The notes beneath the pieces are model-generated. The model was given only the letters and a program-made list of their open reading frames with translations, did no database searches and was not told the DNA's origin. A program made the position numbers and the translations under genes. Of a DNA stretch of 33,485 nt, positions 9,820 to 19,228 are shown piece by piece. Location of the stretch: positions 1-33,485 of the IMG/VR virus record IMGVR_UViG_3300032245_001057; one strand, 5' to 3'. Each line of letters opens with the position of its first letter. Within the stretch, counting starts at the first letter, position 1. The DNA is from a virus. Lineage: Duplodnaviria; Caudoviricetes.

Positions 9820-10791
9820 TTATAGTATGCTTATAATACTGTTGATTCTATTAATATATGTATGATTTTCTTGTACATATTTCATAGAGTTTTTAATAAA
9901 ATTAAAATTATTTTTATTACTCATTCCTATATAGAATAATTCGGCAGGATTATCATTATAAAAGCAGTTCCCATCTAGCTCTTCAAAAATTGTTTTTGAG
10001 TTGGTTAATCCAAGATGTCCATGACTAATATTTTTAAATATTCTACAGGTAACAACCCCCTCTTTTAAATGCTTTGTACCTCGCAAATCAACAGTTATGA
10101 TTGATTGTTGAGATCTTTTGATAACTTCTTCATTACTAAGTGGATTTGACCACGGGCAGTTATGAATAAATTTAATATTATTTTTTTCGCATTCTGTTAT
10201 GAATGGCAAGTAAACACTATAATTTTCATTATCGCCATGTCTGCTGAGTGATCCACAAAAGTTTATAATATTGTCTCTTTGAATGTCAATATCATCATAA
10301 TTAAATTCATTCGGAAGCTTATTAGTAGCCCAGCTAATATATAACTTATCAAAGTCATCTATTTCATAATTTACATAATCATTTACAATTAGAACTTTAT
10401 TATTAGTTTTTGGCTCAAAATACATTGCTGGACCAATTTTAATAGCTTTTTCTTTATTAAGAGAATATTCATGAACATGATCTTTAAAATCTTTACCCGC
10501 CAATCGAACATCAATATATCTTCCAGCGTCTTGATATTTAATTGGTGATGGACAATGCATAATTAAATAACAGCTAGTTTTATTTATTGGTATATTTTTA
10601 TCAGCAAAACCTTCGCTTATGAATAGGCAGTTATCATAATTAAAATTATCTGGAAAATTATTGTCATCAAACCAATATGTTTCATATCCTAAAGATTTAA
10701 ATGCTCTATAATAAGCTTCATGGACATATGAATGAGTATGACTGCCTAAAGGATAACCCCAAATAATTACTTTTAAATATGGTAAAATCAT
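9820..10791 (-). CDS. Probable glycosyltransferase (CgeB-like GT-B C-terminus)
   Basis: CRIFKNIS and ENHTYINR C-terminal motifs. ATG at 10791 gives an ATGA overlap with the upstream gene. Confidence 0.55.
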   Translation of the reverse strand: MILPYLKVIIWGYPLGSHTHSYVHEAYYRAFKSLGYETYWFDDNNFPDNFNYDNCLFISEGFADKNIPINKTSCYLIMHCPSPIKYQDAGRYIDVRLAGKDFKDHVHEYSLNKEKAIKIGPAMYFEPKTNNKVLIVNDYVNYEIDDFDKLYISWATNKLPNEFNYDDIDIQRDNIINFCGSLSRHGDNENYSVYLPFITECEKNNIKFIHNCPWSNPLSNEEVIKRSQQSIITVDLRGTKHLKEGVVTCRIFKNISHGHLGLTNSKTIFEELDGNCFYNDNPAELFYIGMSNKNNFNFIKNSMKYVQENHTYINRINSIISIL

Positions 10792-11327
10792 TTGTATATA
10801 TACCAAGATTGAAAATTTAACTCATTTGTTAAAAAGAATGAATTTCCAAAGACCTCTAATACGGCTTTATCAACACCAAACTGTTCATAAAAAGGATGAT
10901 CCATAGCTGGATTAAAATCGTGTCCAGATAAAATGCCTCCTTTTTTTACTTTTGGTAGCCAATTTTTAATATCATTAATTACTGCATCATATGAGTGATC
11001 TGCGTCTAAATAAATCCAGTCAAAATATTCGTCTTCATATAAAAGAGAAGCTTCATTGCTTTTCATTTTTACTATCTTAACATTTTTTTTATCAGAATAT
11101 GTATTTAAAATTTTATTGTAGCCAAGTTCTACTTGGCCTGGTTTTTGCGAAAAATAAAAATCATTGCCCTCGGTTTGCCACATATCTATTAAATGAATCT
11201 CGTATTCATCATCATAGTACGTTTTTGTATACCCGCCATACTCGACACCAATTTCTGCAATCTTAGGATTTGATTTATTAATCAAACTTATTAAGCCATC
11301 TCTATTTATATTCGTATTAATTTTCAT
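10788..11327 (-). CDS. Class I SAM-dependent methyltransferase (Methyltransf_24-like)
   Basis: AEIGVEYG, FDWIYLDADHSY, LPKVKKGGILSGHD. Confidence 0.85.
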   Translation of the reverse strand: MKINTNINRDGLISLINKSNPKIAEIGVEYGGYTKTYYDDEYEIHLIDMWQTEGNDFYFSQKPGQVELGYNKILNTYSDKKNVKIVKMKSNEASLLYEDEYFDWIYLDADHSYDAVINDIKNWLPKVKKGGILSGHDFNPAMDHPFYEQFGVDKAVLEVFGNSFFLTNELNFQSWYIYK

Positions 11328-12030
11328 TTTTATTTATTCCTGGGAATCTTGGATATTGATTCATATTTTTTTCTTTATGTATAATTATTTTTTCAATCGG
11401 AAGTTGCCAATTTTCTGGATAAGAATATGATGATGATATCGTAACAACTCTATCTTTATTTTTATAAAGATAATAATTTAAATGTGATTCATCGTGCCAT
11501 TTAGCTATAATATTATTATCTAAATCTGTTTGTGTGTTATTTTTTAATTCAGAAATCATTTTACATATTTCATTAGATGAACCACCCCAAAAACACCCCT
11601 GATGATAAATGCCTTCATTTTCTGGAGAAATGTATGCGGTCGATTGTGGATTTGTCTCGATGGTCCACATTTTGTCAGATACATAAATTCCAGGATGCAT
11701 GACTGCAAATAAATCACATATAGGAAATTCATCTATATTCTGTACGACTTCTAAATCGCAATCAAAATAAATAACCATATCGTAATTATTTAATTGATTT
11801 AATATAGTGTTAAAATATTCAAATCTTTTTAGAGTTACAAATGGCCAAGGCTCATGATTTATTTTATTAAAATAAATGTTTGAATATTCACTAGAAATTG
11901 TATCCTCATCAGCAAATAAAAAAATATCTTTTTCAATTAATGGTAAAAATTTATTTTGAATGGACTCAATCAAAGGACTCAAAAAATCTTTATAGTTATT
12001 TGTCGCTACTGTTAGTATTGCTATTTTCAT
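11317..12030 (-). CDS. GT6 family (ABO/alpha-1,3-Gal(NAc) transferase-like) glycosyltransferase
   Basis: VATNNY, WPFVTLKRF, YFDCD, HPG, YHQGCFWGG, AKWHDESHLN. Confidence 0.9.
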   Translation of the reverse strand: MKIAILTVATNNYKDFLSPLIESIQNKFLPLIEKDIFLFADEDTISSEYSNIYFNKINHEPWPFVTLKRFEYFNTILNQLNNYDMVIYFDCDLEVVQNIDEFPICDLFAVMHPGIYVSDKMWTIETNPQSTAYISPENEGIYHQGCFWGGSSNEICKMISELKNNTQTDLDNNIIAKWHDESHLNYYLYKNKDRVVTISSSYSYPENWQLPIEKIIIHKEKNMNQYPRFPGINKNEN

Positions 12031-12039
12031 TATTTATTT

Positions 12040-12852
12040 TTATAATTGAATCCATTCTGATGGGAGTAAGTCTTGTTTGTAAGTTGCGTATTGATTTCCA
12101 CAAATTTGTTTGGCGTAATCTTCAGAAAACCAATTTTGAGGGCATATTATTTTTTTGTTTAAATTTTGATTGAGCCAAGCGGCCCACCAACTAAAGCTCG
12201 AATTGGCTATTATATTGTTTTGACATCGACTCATCAATAGTAAGTCGTCTTGGCCATTATTTCCGTCTATAAAAATAAAATTATCAGTACCTATATTTTT
12301 ATAGGTAAATTCATTTTTGCACCATTCAATATCATTAGAAAATACAAAAAATAAAGTATCTTTATCAAACAAAGATATCGCTTTCTTATAGTATTCTAAA
12401 TCTTGAACGGGATGACAATTTTGTAGATTTAAATAATCACCTCTTCTAATATGAATAGAACAATTTTTTTGGTTTAATTCTTTTGAGTATTTTTGAATTA
12501 AGTTACAATCAAAATTAAATATTCTTTGAATTTCTTCTTTATGTTTTGTAAAATATTTTTCACTTTGAAAATATCCATTTAATATTAAATTATTATCAAA
12601 TTTTGGTATTTTATTATAACAAAAAGATAATTCATCATATTTATGAAATTCTGCATTAGCTGAAGATATTTTAATATTTGAAAAAATATTATCTCTATAC
12701 GAGTCTAATGGTGGATGATGACATGGTATATATAAATTATCATATAATTCAAACTTATGTCCATGATCTAATGAATACGCATAAGCTGTAGCTATTTGAA
12801 ATAATGTATTTCCAAGCCCACCTTGAAGAACTGGTGTTATTTTTTTATTCAT
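12040..12852 (-). CDS. GT11 alpha-1,2-fucosyltransferase-like
   Basis: GGLGNTLFQ, GYFQSEKYF, HIRRGDY, FSNDIEWC, NSSFSWWAAWL. Confidence 0.9.
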   Translation of the reverse strand: MNKKITPVLQGGLGNTLFQIATAYAYSLDHGHKFELYDNLYIPCHHPPLDSYRDNIFSNIKISSANAEFHKYDELSFCYNKIPKFDNNLILNGYFQSEKYFTKHKEEIQRIFNFDCNLIQKYSKELNQKNCSIHIRRGDYLNLQNCHPVQDLEYYKKAISLFDKDTLFFVFSNDIEWCKNEFTYKNIGTDNFIFIDGNNGQDDLLLMSRCQNNIIANSSFSWWAAWLNQNLNKKIICPQNWFSEDYAKQICGNQYATYKQDLLPSEWIQL

Positions 12853-13580
12853 ATCGACAAATTATTTAATAACTTTATAAAATTAAGACATTTGTATTCT
12901 ACATAATCTATATTTTGTTTTTTATTACAAGTAGTTCCATCGGATAAATAAGTATAATCATAGTGCCATACAGTATTATTAGAATCAAAAAATATTTTAA
13001 TTTCTTTTTCATTTAATCTTAATGAAAAATCTATATCTTCATTATGCTTAAATCCTTTAAACATACCATAATAAGGAATATTATTATCCCATTTTATATT
13101 TTCTAATAATGATCTTTTACATACAGAAAAGCATCCTGTTTGATAAAATATATCAGAATTTGATTCGTAATTATACTCTACCATATGATGAAGTGGAAAA
13201 TAAATAGCTCTGTCCCAGTATCTTCCTGAGTCTGGTAATAGAATTTTATTACCCATTATTTGCCAATCTTTATTTGTTTGATTAAAAATTTTAAAATTTT
13301 CTAACCAGTCTGGAGGGAAAAGTATATCATCATCACAATGCACAATAATATCTCCTTTTGAATTTTCAAAAGCTATATTTTTCCTTTTTCCTAAAAATTC
13401 AATGAATTCATTATCTTCAATTAATTCGCAACCTTTTCCTTTAAAAGTATTTAAGTTGTTACCAACAACTATTATTTCATAATCATCATTATTGCGAAAA
13501 TTATTATGTATTGATTTAATACACAAATTAGTTTTATAAGATTTTGAACCATTAGTAATTATACAAAAAGATACAAACAT
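12849..13580 (-). CDS. GT2 family glycosyltransferase
   Basis: SFCIIT, KRKNIAFENSKGDIIVHCDDD, EDIDFSLRL. ATG at 13580 preferred over the track's TTG at 13586. Confidence 0.75.
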   Translation of the reverse strand: MFVSFCIITNGSKSYKTNLCIKSIHNNFRNNDDYEIIVVGNNLNTFKGKGCELIEDNEFIEFLGKRKNIAFENSKGDIIVHCDDDILFPPDWLENFKIFNQTNKDWQIMGNKILLPDSGRYWDRAIYFPLHHMVEYNYESNSDIFYQTGCFSVCKRSLLENIKWDNNIPYYGMFKGFKHNEDIDFSLRLNEKEIKIFFDSNNTVWHYDYTYLSDGTTCNKKQNIDYVEYKCLNFIKLLNNLSI

Positions 13581-13602
13581 AATCAATATGATTGATTATA
13601 AA

Positions 13603-14580
13603 TCAAATATCTTCTTCTTCAATAAATATTTTGACTTCTTGTAGATCTGGATTTTCAGCAAAAAGATCTTCTTGAGAAACAAATGTAGATTCATCCCAAT
13701 CCCATTCTAATCCATCATCGTCGCTCAACAAAAATTCTTCAGCAGAAGCCAAAGAAGATACTGGTTTAGAACTCCAAAATTTACATGACCAGTAATTTGC
13801 TTTCCATTTTGGGCCAAGATTAGTATCACACTGATGTCTTGCCCTGTAGCTTTTGCGTCTTGCTGGATTATCGCGTTTGATTTCCATGTTTGGATCACCA
13901 AATTTTACCATTACGGTATTTCCTTTATCGTTTTTGACATAAACGCCAAATTTCTTTTTAGATCCAGTAGGTAATCTAAAAGGCTTATTAAGTGTATTTT
14001 TTTCAGCATCAGAAAACTCTAAGTCTTCGGCTTCTTGATCTTGATCCCAAACCTCTATTCCAGCAGAAATTAAATCTAACTTAGCCAAATCAAATTCAAT
14101 ATCTTGAAAGTCCCAAAAAGCTTCTCCATCTCTTTCGAGATAATAAAGATCATGCCCTTCCGCAACATCTTGATCTGCTTTTCTATAAGCATCCTTGACA
14201 GCGCCACCACGAAGCATCTTTAGAAACATATTAACTCTAGCCATTGCCCATCCGCCTCTTGTCATTCCAACTCTATGGCTAGATGAGAATGCTCCAGCAC
14301 CACGACGATAAATCTTTTTTAATTGACTGAGGCTTGTCTTTTTTTCGTATTTTGCATTATGCTCTTTTACTTTGGCTTGCAAAGCGGAAGTAACTTTTTC
14401 TGAAAAAGTAATAGAAGAAGATTCTCCTGAAGAAGCTGAATCTTTCTTATTTTTTGACGAACCATGTCTCTTCTCTTCTGGTTTAGCTGGAGTCTGTGCA
14501 TCGCTTTTTGGTCCAGAACGCGCAGCCGCAGAAGAATTAGAAAAAAACTCTTTTATTTTATCAGAAAAATCGAATTCCAT
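13603..14580 (-). CDS. Hypothetical protein with two basic domains and acidic linkers
   Basis: Domain 1: LKKIYRRGAGAFSSSHR...WAMARVNMFL. Domain 2: KKFGVYVK...VKFGDPNMEIKRDNPARRKSYRARHQC...YWSC. Both resemble recurrent small phage domains; function not assignable. Confidence 0.75.
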   Translation of the reverse strand: MEFDFSDKIKEFFSNSSAAARSGPKSDAQTPAKPEEKRHGSSKNKKDSASSGESSSITFSEKVTSALQAKVKEHNAKYEKKTSLSQLKKIYRRGAGAFSSSHRVGMTRGGWAMARVNMFLKMLRGGAVKDAYRKADQDVAEGHDLYYLERDGEAFWDFQDIEFDLAKLDLISAGIEVWDQDQEAEDLEFSDAEKNTLNKPFRLPTGSKKKFGVYVKNDKGNTVMVKFGDPNMEIKRDNPARRKSYRARHQCDTNLGPKWKANYWSCKFWSSKPVSSLASAEEFLLSDDDGLEWDWDESTFVSQEDLFAENPDLQEVKIFIEEEDI

Positions 14581-14609
14581 TGTATTGTGGTTACACTTTT
14601 TTTAATAAA

Positions 14610-16262
14610 TCATCCTTCACAAGTAGAACAATTTAAAATTGATCTAGCTAGTTGTTGGCTTGGATTACTTGATCTTTGATAATATAGGCTTTTAATTCCT
14701 TGCTCCCAAGCAAAGATAAGCAATTCATTAATATCTTTTGGTTTAGTATTGGGAGAGATCATAATGTTTAAGCTTTGACCTTGATCAATATACTTTTGAC
14801 GTTGAGCTGCTTGAATAATTATTTCCATTTGAGAAATTTCTCCAAAAGTTTTAAATACATCTTTTTCTTCTTCACTAAGAAATGAAAGATGTTGCACGGA
14901 GCCTCCATGAGAAAGGATATCTTTCCAAACTTCTAAAGTATTCATGTTTTTATTTTTAAGTAAATCGAGTAAATACGGATTTCTATATGTAAATTTACCT
15001 TTGCTTAGGTCTTTAGTATAATAATTACTATTAAGCGGTTCGATTGATGGAGAAACTTGCCCAAGAATAAATGAGCTTGAAGTGGTTGGAGCTACAGCAA
15101 GAGTGGTAGAATTTCTACGACCATATCCTTTAAGCAGTTCTGGTTCTCCAAAAATTTCAGCCAGTTCTTGGGTTGCTTTGTCGCATTTCTCACGAATAGT
15201 TTTCCAGATTTCAATATTTAGAAGTTTTGCTTCCATCGACTCAAAGCTGATGAGCTTTGATTGGAGCAATGAGTGCCACCCAAGAACTCCAACGCCTAAT
15301 GCTCTCTGATTGATAGCAAACTTTCTTGGAGCCTCCATAAAGGCCACTCCTTCTGTTTTATTAATGAACTCAGTCATAACCGCATCCAAGAAATAAACAA
15401 GGGTTTCAACAGCATCTGTTCCAACCATATCGTCCCATCGCTCTAGATTCAGAGATGAAAGATTGCAAACAAATGATTCATCTTCTTGATTAGAAAGAAA
15501 GATTTCTGAGCAAAGATTTGAATTATTGATCTTCAATCCCTTATCTTTATAAACTTGTGGGGCTTGATCATTAGCGTTGTCCGTAAAGAAAATATATGGA
15601 TAGCCTGTTTCAAATCTCTTCTTAATTACTAAGCCCCAAATATTGCGGAGATTTTTATCTCCATTAATCATTTTTTGCATCCATTCATTAGATACACAAA
15701 CTCCAATAGACATATCTTGAATCTCATGACCATCTCCACGAATCTTTAGAAACTCTTCAATATCTGGATGATCAATAGGAAGATAAGCAGCAAAAGAACC
15801 CCTACGAACATTACCTTGCGAAACAACATTCATTAGCTTATCATATAGCTCCATAAAATGCACTGCTCCTGTAGATTCGCCACCAGAATTAATAGAAGTT
15901 CCTCTTCCGCGAAGCTCTCCAAAATAAGCAGAGGTTCCTCCTCCCATCTTAGTCATGATTCCTACTTCAGAAAGCTTTCCAAGGATGCCAGACATTGTAT
16001 CTGGAATGTAAGATCCAAAGCAAGAAATAGGAAGACCCCTCTTGCGTCCAAAGTTAGAAATGATTGGCGAGCTTATAGAGTAAAAGCCTCTAGAAAGATA
16101 ATCTTCAAATTTTTCAGCAAACCCATTTATGCCCAAATACTTTTCAGCGGTAGCGGCTATATCTTTAAAGCGTTGTTCTGGATTTTCTCCCTCCAACAAG
16201 TAGCCTCTTTCTAAAAATTTTCTAGAATCTTTATTTAACCAGTAGTATTTTTCTTTTTCCAT
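14610..16262 (-). CDS. nrdA: Ribonucleotide reductase alpha subunit (short, no ATP cone)
   Basis: LPISCF, SQGNVRRG, SNLCSEI, VCNLSS, APTTSSS, DQGQSLN, KSLYY, C-terminal CSTCEG. Confidence 0.95.
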   Translation of the reverse strand: MEKEKYYWLNKDSRKFLERGYLLEGENPEQRFKDIAATAEKYLGINGFAEKFEDYLSRGFYSISSPIISNFGRKRGLPISCFGSYIPDTMSGILGKLSEVGIMTKMGGGTSAYFGELRGRGTSINSGGESTGAVHFMELYDKLMNVVSQGNVRRGSFAAYLPIDHPDIEEFLKIRGDGHEIQDMSIGVCVSNEWMQKMINGDKNLRNIWGLVIKKRFETGYPYIFFTDNANDQAPQVYKDKGLKINNSNLCSEIFLSNQEDESFVCNLSSLNLERWDDMVGTDAVETLVYFLDAVMTEFINKTEGVAFMEAPRKFAINQRALGVGVLGWHSLLQSKLISFESMEAKLLNIEIWKTIREKCDKATQELAEIFGEPELLKGYGRRNSTTLAVAPTTSSSFILGQVSPSIEPLNSNYYTKDLSKGKFTYRNPYLLDLLKNKNMNTLEVWKDILSHGGSVQHLSFLSEEEKDVFKTFGEISQMEIIIQAAQRQKYIDQGQSLNIMISPNTKPKDINELLIFAWEQGIKSLYYQRSSNPSQQLARSILNCSTCEG

Positions 16263-16266
16263 AATA

Positions 16267-17277
16267 TTATTTTAAAATCTTGTAAATCATCTGCACAGAT
16301 ACATTGTACTCTAATGCTAATTCAACACAAGACATTCCTGTATTTTTTTTGTTTTTTATTTCTTCTAATTTATTCCAAATGGGATGTGATTGTTTTTTCT
16401 TGGAAATGTTATTATTATCGAGTATACGCTTTATTACGCATGGATCACATTTAAAATAATCAGCTATTTTATTATATGATGGGACATCGTTGTACATTTT
16501 TATAATCTGATCCACATATTTCAAATCAATAGCTCTTGTATATGCGTTGCTTTTTCTTATCTCGATATTTTCAGATCTAAGCATATCTGCGAAAAAATTT
16601 GCAGATGCTCCATATTCGGCATGTAATTGGTTTAATGAAAGACCGCTATTGTATTTTTCAATAATTTCATATTTTTTAAGCCATAATGGATTTCGAATAT
16701 TTTTTTCTCTAAATTTGACATTAGCAGTTTTTAAAATTTCTTTAATAATCTTTGAGGATTTTTTAAAAATTTTTGATATTTTATCAATAGACAACATGTT
16801 AATAACATACAATTTTACTATTTCATCGACATGTTTCCTAATTTCAAAATCATAAGATGGATGATTTTCTCCAGATCCAACTGATGCTAGGCCACATTCT
16901 ATCATATTGGTAAGGTCATTTCCTCTATTTTTATAAAAATAATACCATTTATATTCACCTTCATATGCTGAATTTTCATCATCAAAATTTTCTAAAATAG
17001 CAGATAGTATATAGTTTCCATCATTTTCTAATTTTTTAATTTTTCTTGATTTATGAAAGTTCTCATGAGATCTTTGATAAGCTTCTTCCATATGCTTGTT
17101 CTCTCTTCTTAAACATGGGAATTCTTTGTTCTTTGCTTTTCCAATATAAAAAATATTATCATGGTTTAATTCAATGTTATTTTTATCATCGGAAAAAAAT
17201 AAACCATATACATAATAATTAGATGTTGTTGGATCTAATCTATAGACTTTTCTTTTTTTATTATATTGTTTAGACAT
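16267..17277 (-). mobile_element. Free-standing GIY-YIG (LEM-3-like) homing endonuclease with C-terminal HTH repeats
   Basis: YYVYGL...FYIGKAK...R...SAYEGE...LTN followed by ~4 HTH-like units; lies between nrdB and nrdA. Confidence 0.75.
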
Positions 17278-17315
17278 AATAATATTTACACTATAAATAC
17301 CATTGGTTGTGTAAA

Positions 17316-18287
17316 TTAAAATAGATCGTCTTCACTAAATGATTGATTTTTCTTGGAATAACCAGTGTCTCTGGAATGGAAAAAATCCGTCATATTGTTG
17401 CCCAAAAGTTCCTCGTCGAACCACGCAGTTAATGATAACACATCTTGGTCAATTTTAAAGACTTTTTTGAAACCAATTTGAGTTAGTGATTCATTAATAC
17501 GATTTTTAATAAATTCTTTTAAGATCGGTGCAGAAAGAGATTTCTCTTCAATACCATTAATCATCCAGTCTACAATCTTGCTTTCAGCTTCAAATGCTTG
17601 TTCAGCTTCGTGAGCTACTCTTTGTTCAAGTTCAGAATCAAATAAATCTGGATATTCTTCACGAATGGTATTGATGATCTTGATACCAACAAGAGCGTGA
17701 ATATTTTCTTCGTTACGAGTATACTTGACCTGTTGGTCAGTATCCTTCATCACGTTCTTGAAACGAGCAAAATGATTAATGATATAAAATTGAGAAAACA
17801 AAGAAACATTCTCAACGAATAAAGTAAAAAGAATTAAAGCATAAAGATATTGTTTCTTCGAATCCTTATAAAATTTATGAGTATACTTACGAAGATACTT
17901 AACGCGACCCTGAATCCACTCAAGTTTAAGATTTTCTTCAAAAATATCTTCAATATCTAAAACGTTAAGAAGTCTTTCGTAAGCGCTGTTATGAATTACT
18001 TCAACATTAGCCATTACATATCCAAGATCTTGCAGAGCTGGGTGAGGAAGATTGTCTCCAAGTTTTGCCCAAAAAGTTTTTACTGCGACTTCGATTTGCC
18101 CAACAGCAGAAAGAGTCCTAACAATGATCTCTCTTTCTTGATCGCTTAAATTGACTTTAAACTGTTGAACATCAGACTTAAAGTTGAACTCCTTGTCGGT
18201 CCAAAATCCATTGTGCATCGCCTCAATAAATTGCTCTGTCCAAGGATATTTGTTTGGTTTTCTTGAGATTTGTTCTTCAAAGATCAT
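17316..18287 (-). CDS. nrdB: Ribonucleotide reductase beta subunit (class Id-like)
   Basis: QIEVAVKTFW, EVIHNSAY, ENVSLFSQF, EENIH, DFF..R...Y C-terminus. Confidence 0.95.
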   Translation of the reverse strand: MIFEEQISRKPNKYPWTEQFIEAMHNGFWTDKEFNFKSDVQQFKVNLSDQEREIIVRTLSAVGQIEVAVKTFWAKLGDNLPHPALQDLGYVMANVEVIHNSAYERLLNVLDIEDIFEENLKLEWIQGRVKYLRKYTHKFYKDSKKQYLYALILFTLFVENVSLFSQFYIINHFARFKNVMKDTDQQVKYTRNEENIHALVGIKIINTIREEYPDLFDSELEQRVAHEAEQAFEAESKIVDWMINGIEEKSLSAPILKEFIKNRINESLTQIGFKKVFKIDQDVLSLTAWFDEELLGNNMTDFFHSRDTGYSKKNQSFSEDDLF

Positions 18288-18301
18288 AGTGTTATGATTA
18301 C

Positions 18302-18330
18302 ACTATAAGGCTGAATAGAGAGTCTCACAA
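18302..18330 (-). promoter_or_regulatory. Putative sigma70-type promoter for nrdB
   Basis: TTGTGA-17nt-TATAGT on the minus strand, overlapping an AGTGTA motif. Confidence 0.45.
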
Positions 18331-18354
18331 GTAAAAAAATAAAACTTTTTTATC

Positions 18355-18383
18355 TTGACAAGAAAAATAATCATGCGTATAAT
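18355..18383 (+). promoter_or_regulatory. Consensus sigma70 promoter
   Basis: Perfect TTGACA-17nt-TATAAT with an upstream A/T tract. Confidence 0.8.
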
Positions 18384-18395
18384 TGAAGAATCTTA

Positions 18396-18552
18396 ACGAG
18401 ACGTTATCTTAAAGAGCTGACGATTCACGAATGACTCTAAACAAAATATCTTATTTTATTCGTAAACGATTTATAATTAAATAAGATAAACTTTTACGAA
18501 TAAAGAAGACGAAATCGTATATAAATTAATATTATTTATAAATCGTACACGA
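18396..18552. repeat. ACGA/TCGT-rich region with three interleaved inverted repeats
   Basis: Ten ACGA/TCGT tetramers. Inverted repeats: 18447-56/18479-88, 18455-66/18493-504, 18466-76/18536-46. Confidence 0.7.
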
Positions 18553-18634
18553 ATAGTATTTAAATAATAAATATTTCTATTATTATATTGACTTATTGAA
18601 GATATATATTAAACTGATAGTTATAATCAAAGAG

Positions 18635-19228
18635 ATGAGCAAAAAACATATTATAGCCATAGCTGGTAATGCTAGATGCGGAAAAGATACTTTAGGTAAA
18701 AATATTTCAAATTTGTTGAATGAATATGGAGTAAATTCGTCCACTTATTCGTTTGCTGATGAATTAAAAAAAGAAACAGATAAATTTTTGATTGAAACTC
18801 TTGGCATATCAGCCTATACGGATAACGATGAAGAAAAGCTAATAATTAGGCCATTTTTGGTTTTCTGGGGAACAGAGATCAGGAGAAAAATTAATCCATC
18901 AATATGGGTGGATAAGGTCTTTGAAAGAATTAAGCCTAATGAAGTTGCGATTATTACTGATTTGAGATTTGAAAATGAGTTTGATTTCATCAAGTCAAAC
19001 GATGGTCTTTCAATATATCTATCTAGAATTGATTCTAATGGAAATCAAATAGGTCCAGCCAATGACTATGAAAAGACTAACAATGAATTTTTATCTCAAA
19101 ACGCTGATTCTAATTTTACATGGGTATCATCTGATGATTTATCATTGCTTAAATCATTATCTAATGAGGCTTTAGAAACTATTTTAACTGAAGAAAGGTT
19201 TGAAGCATGGAAAGCGATATCTCTTTAA
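18635..19228 (+). CDS. Deoxynucleoside monophosphate kinase
   Basis: IAGNARCGKDT, SFADELK, WGTEIRR, ITDLRFENE. ATG at 18635 preferred over the track's TTG. Confidence 0.85.
   Translation: MSKKHIIAIAGNARCGKDTLGKNISNLLNEYGVNSSTYSFADELKKETDKFLIETLGISAYTDNDEEKLIIRPFLVFWGTEIRRKINPSIWVDKVFERIKPNEVAIITDLRFENEFDFIKSNDGLSIYLSRIDSNGNQIGPANDYEKTNNEFLSQNADSNFTWVSSDDLSLLKSLSNEALETILTEERFEAWKAISL

Noticed and set aside
4734-13580. Bacterial O-antigen or capsule locus
   Set aside because: No wzx, wzy, wzm or initiating transferase, and it is embedded among phage replication and tail genes.
17292-17299. T4 late promoter consensus TATAAATA
   Set aside because: On the strand opposite the local genes and expected by chance in AT-rich DNA.
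14610-18287. Intron or intein in nrdA or nrdB
   Set aside because: Both genes are contiguous with all motifs present; the endonuclease is intergenic.
18396-18552. CRISPR array or tRNA
   Set aside because: No regularly spaced direct repeats and no cloverleaf recognised.
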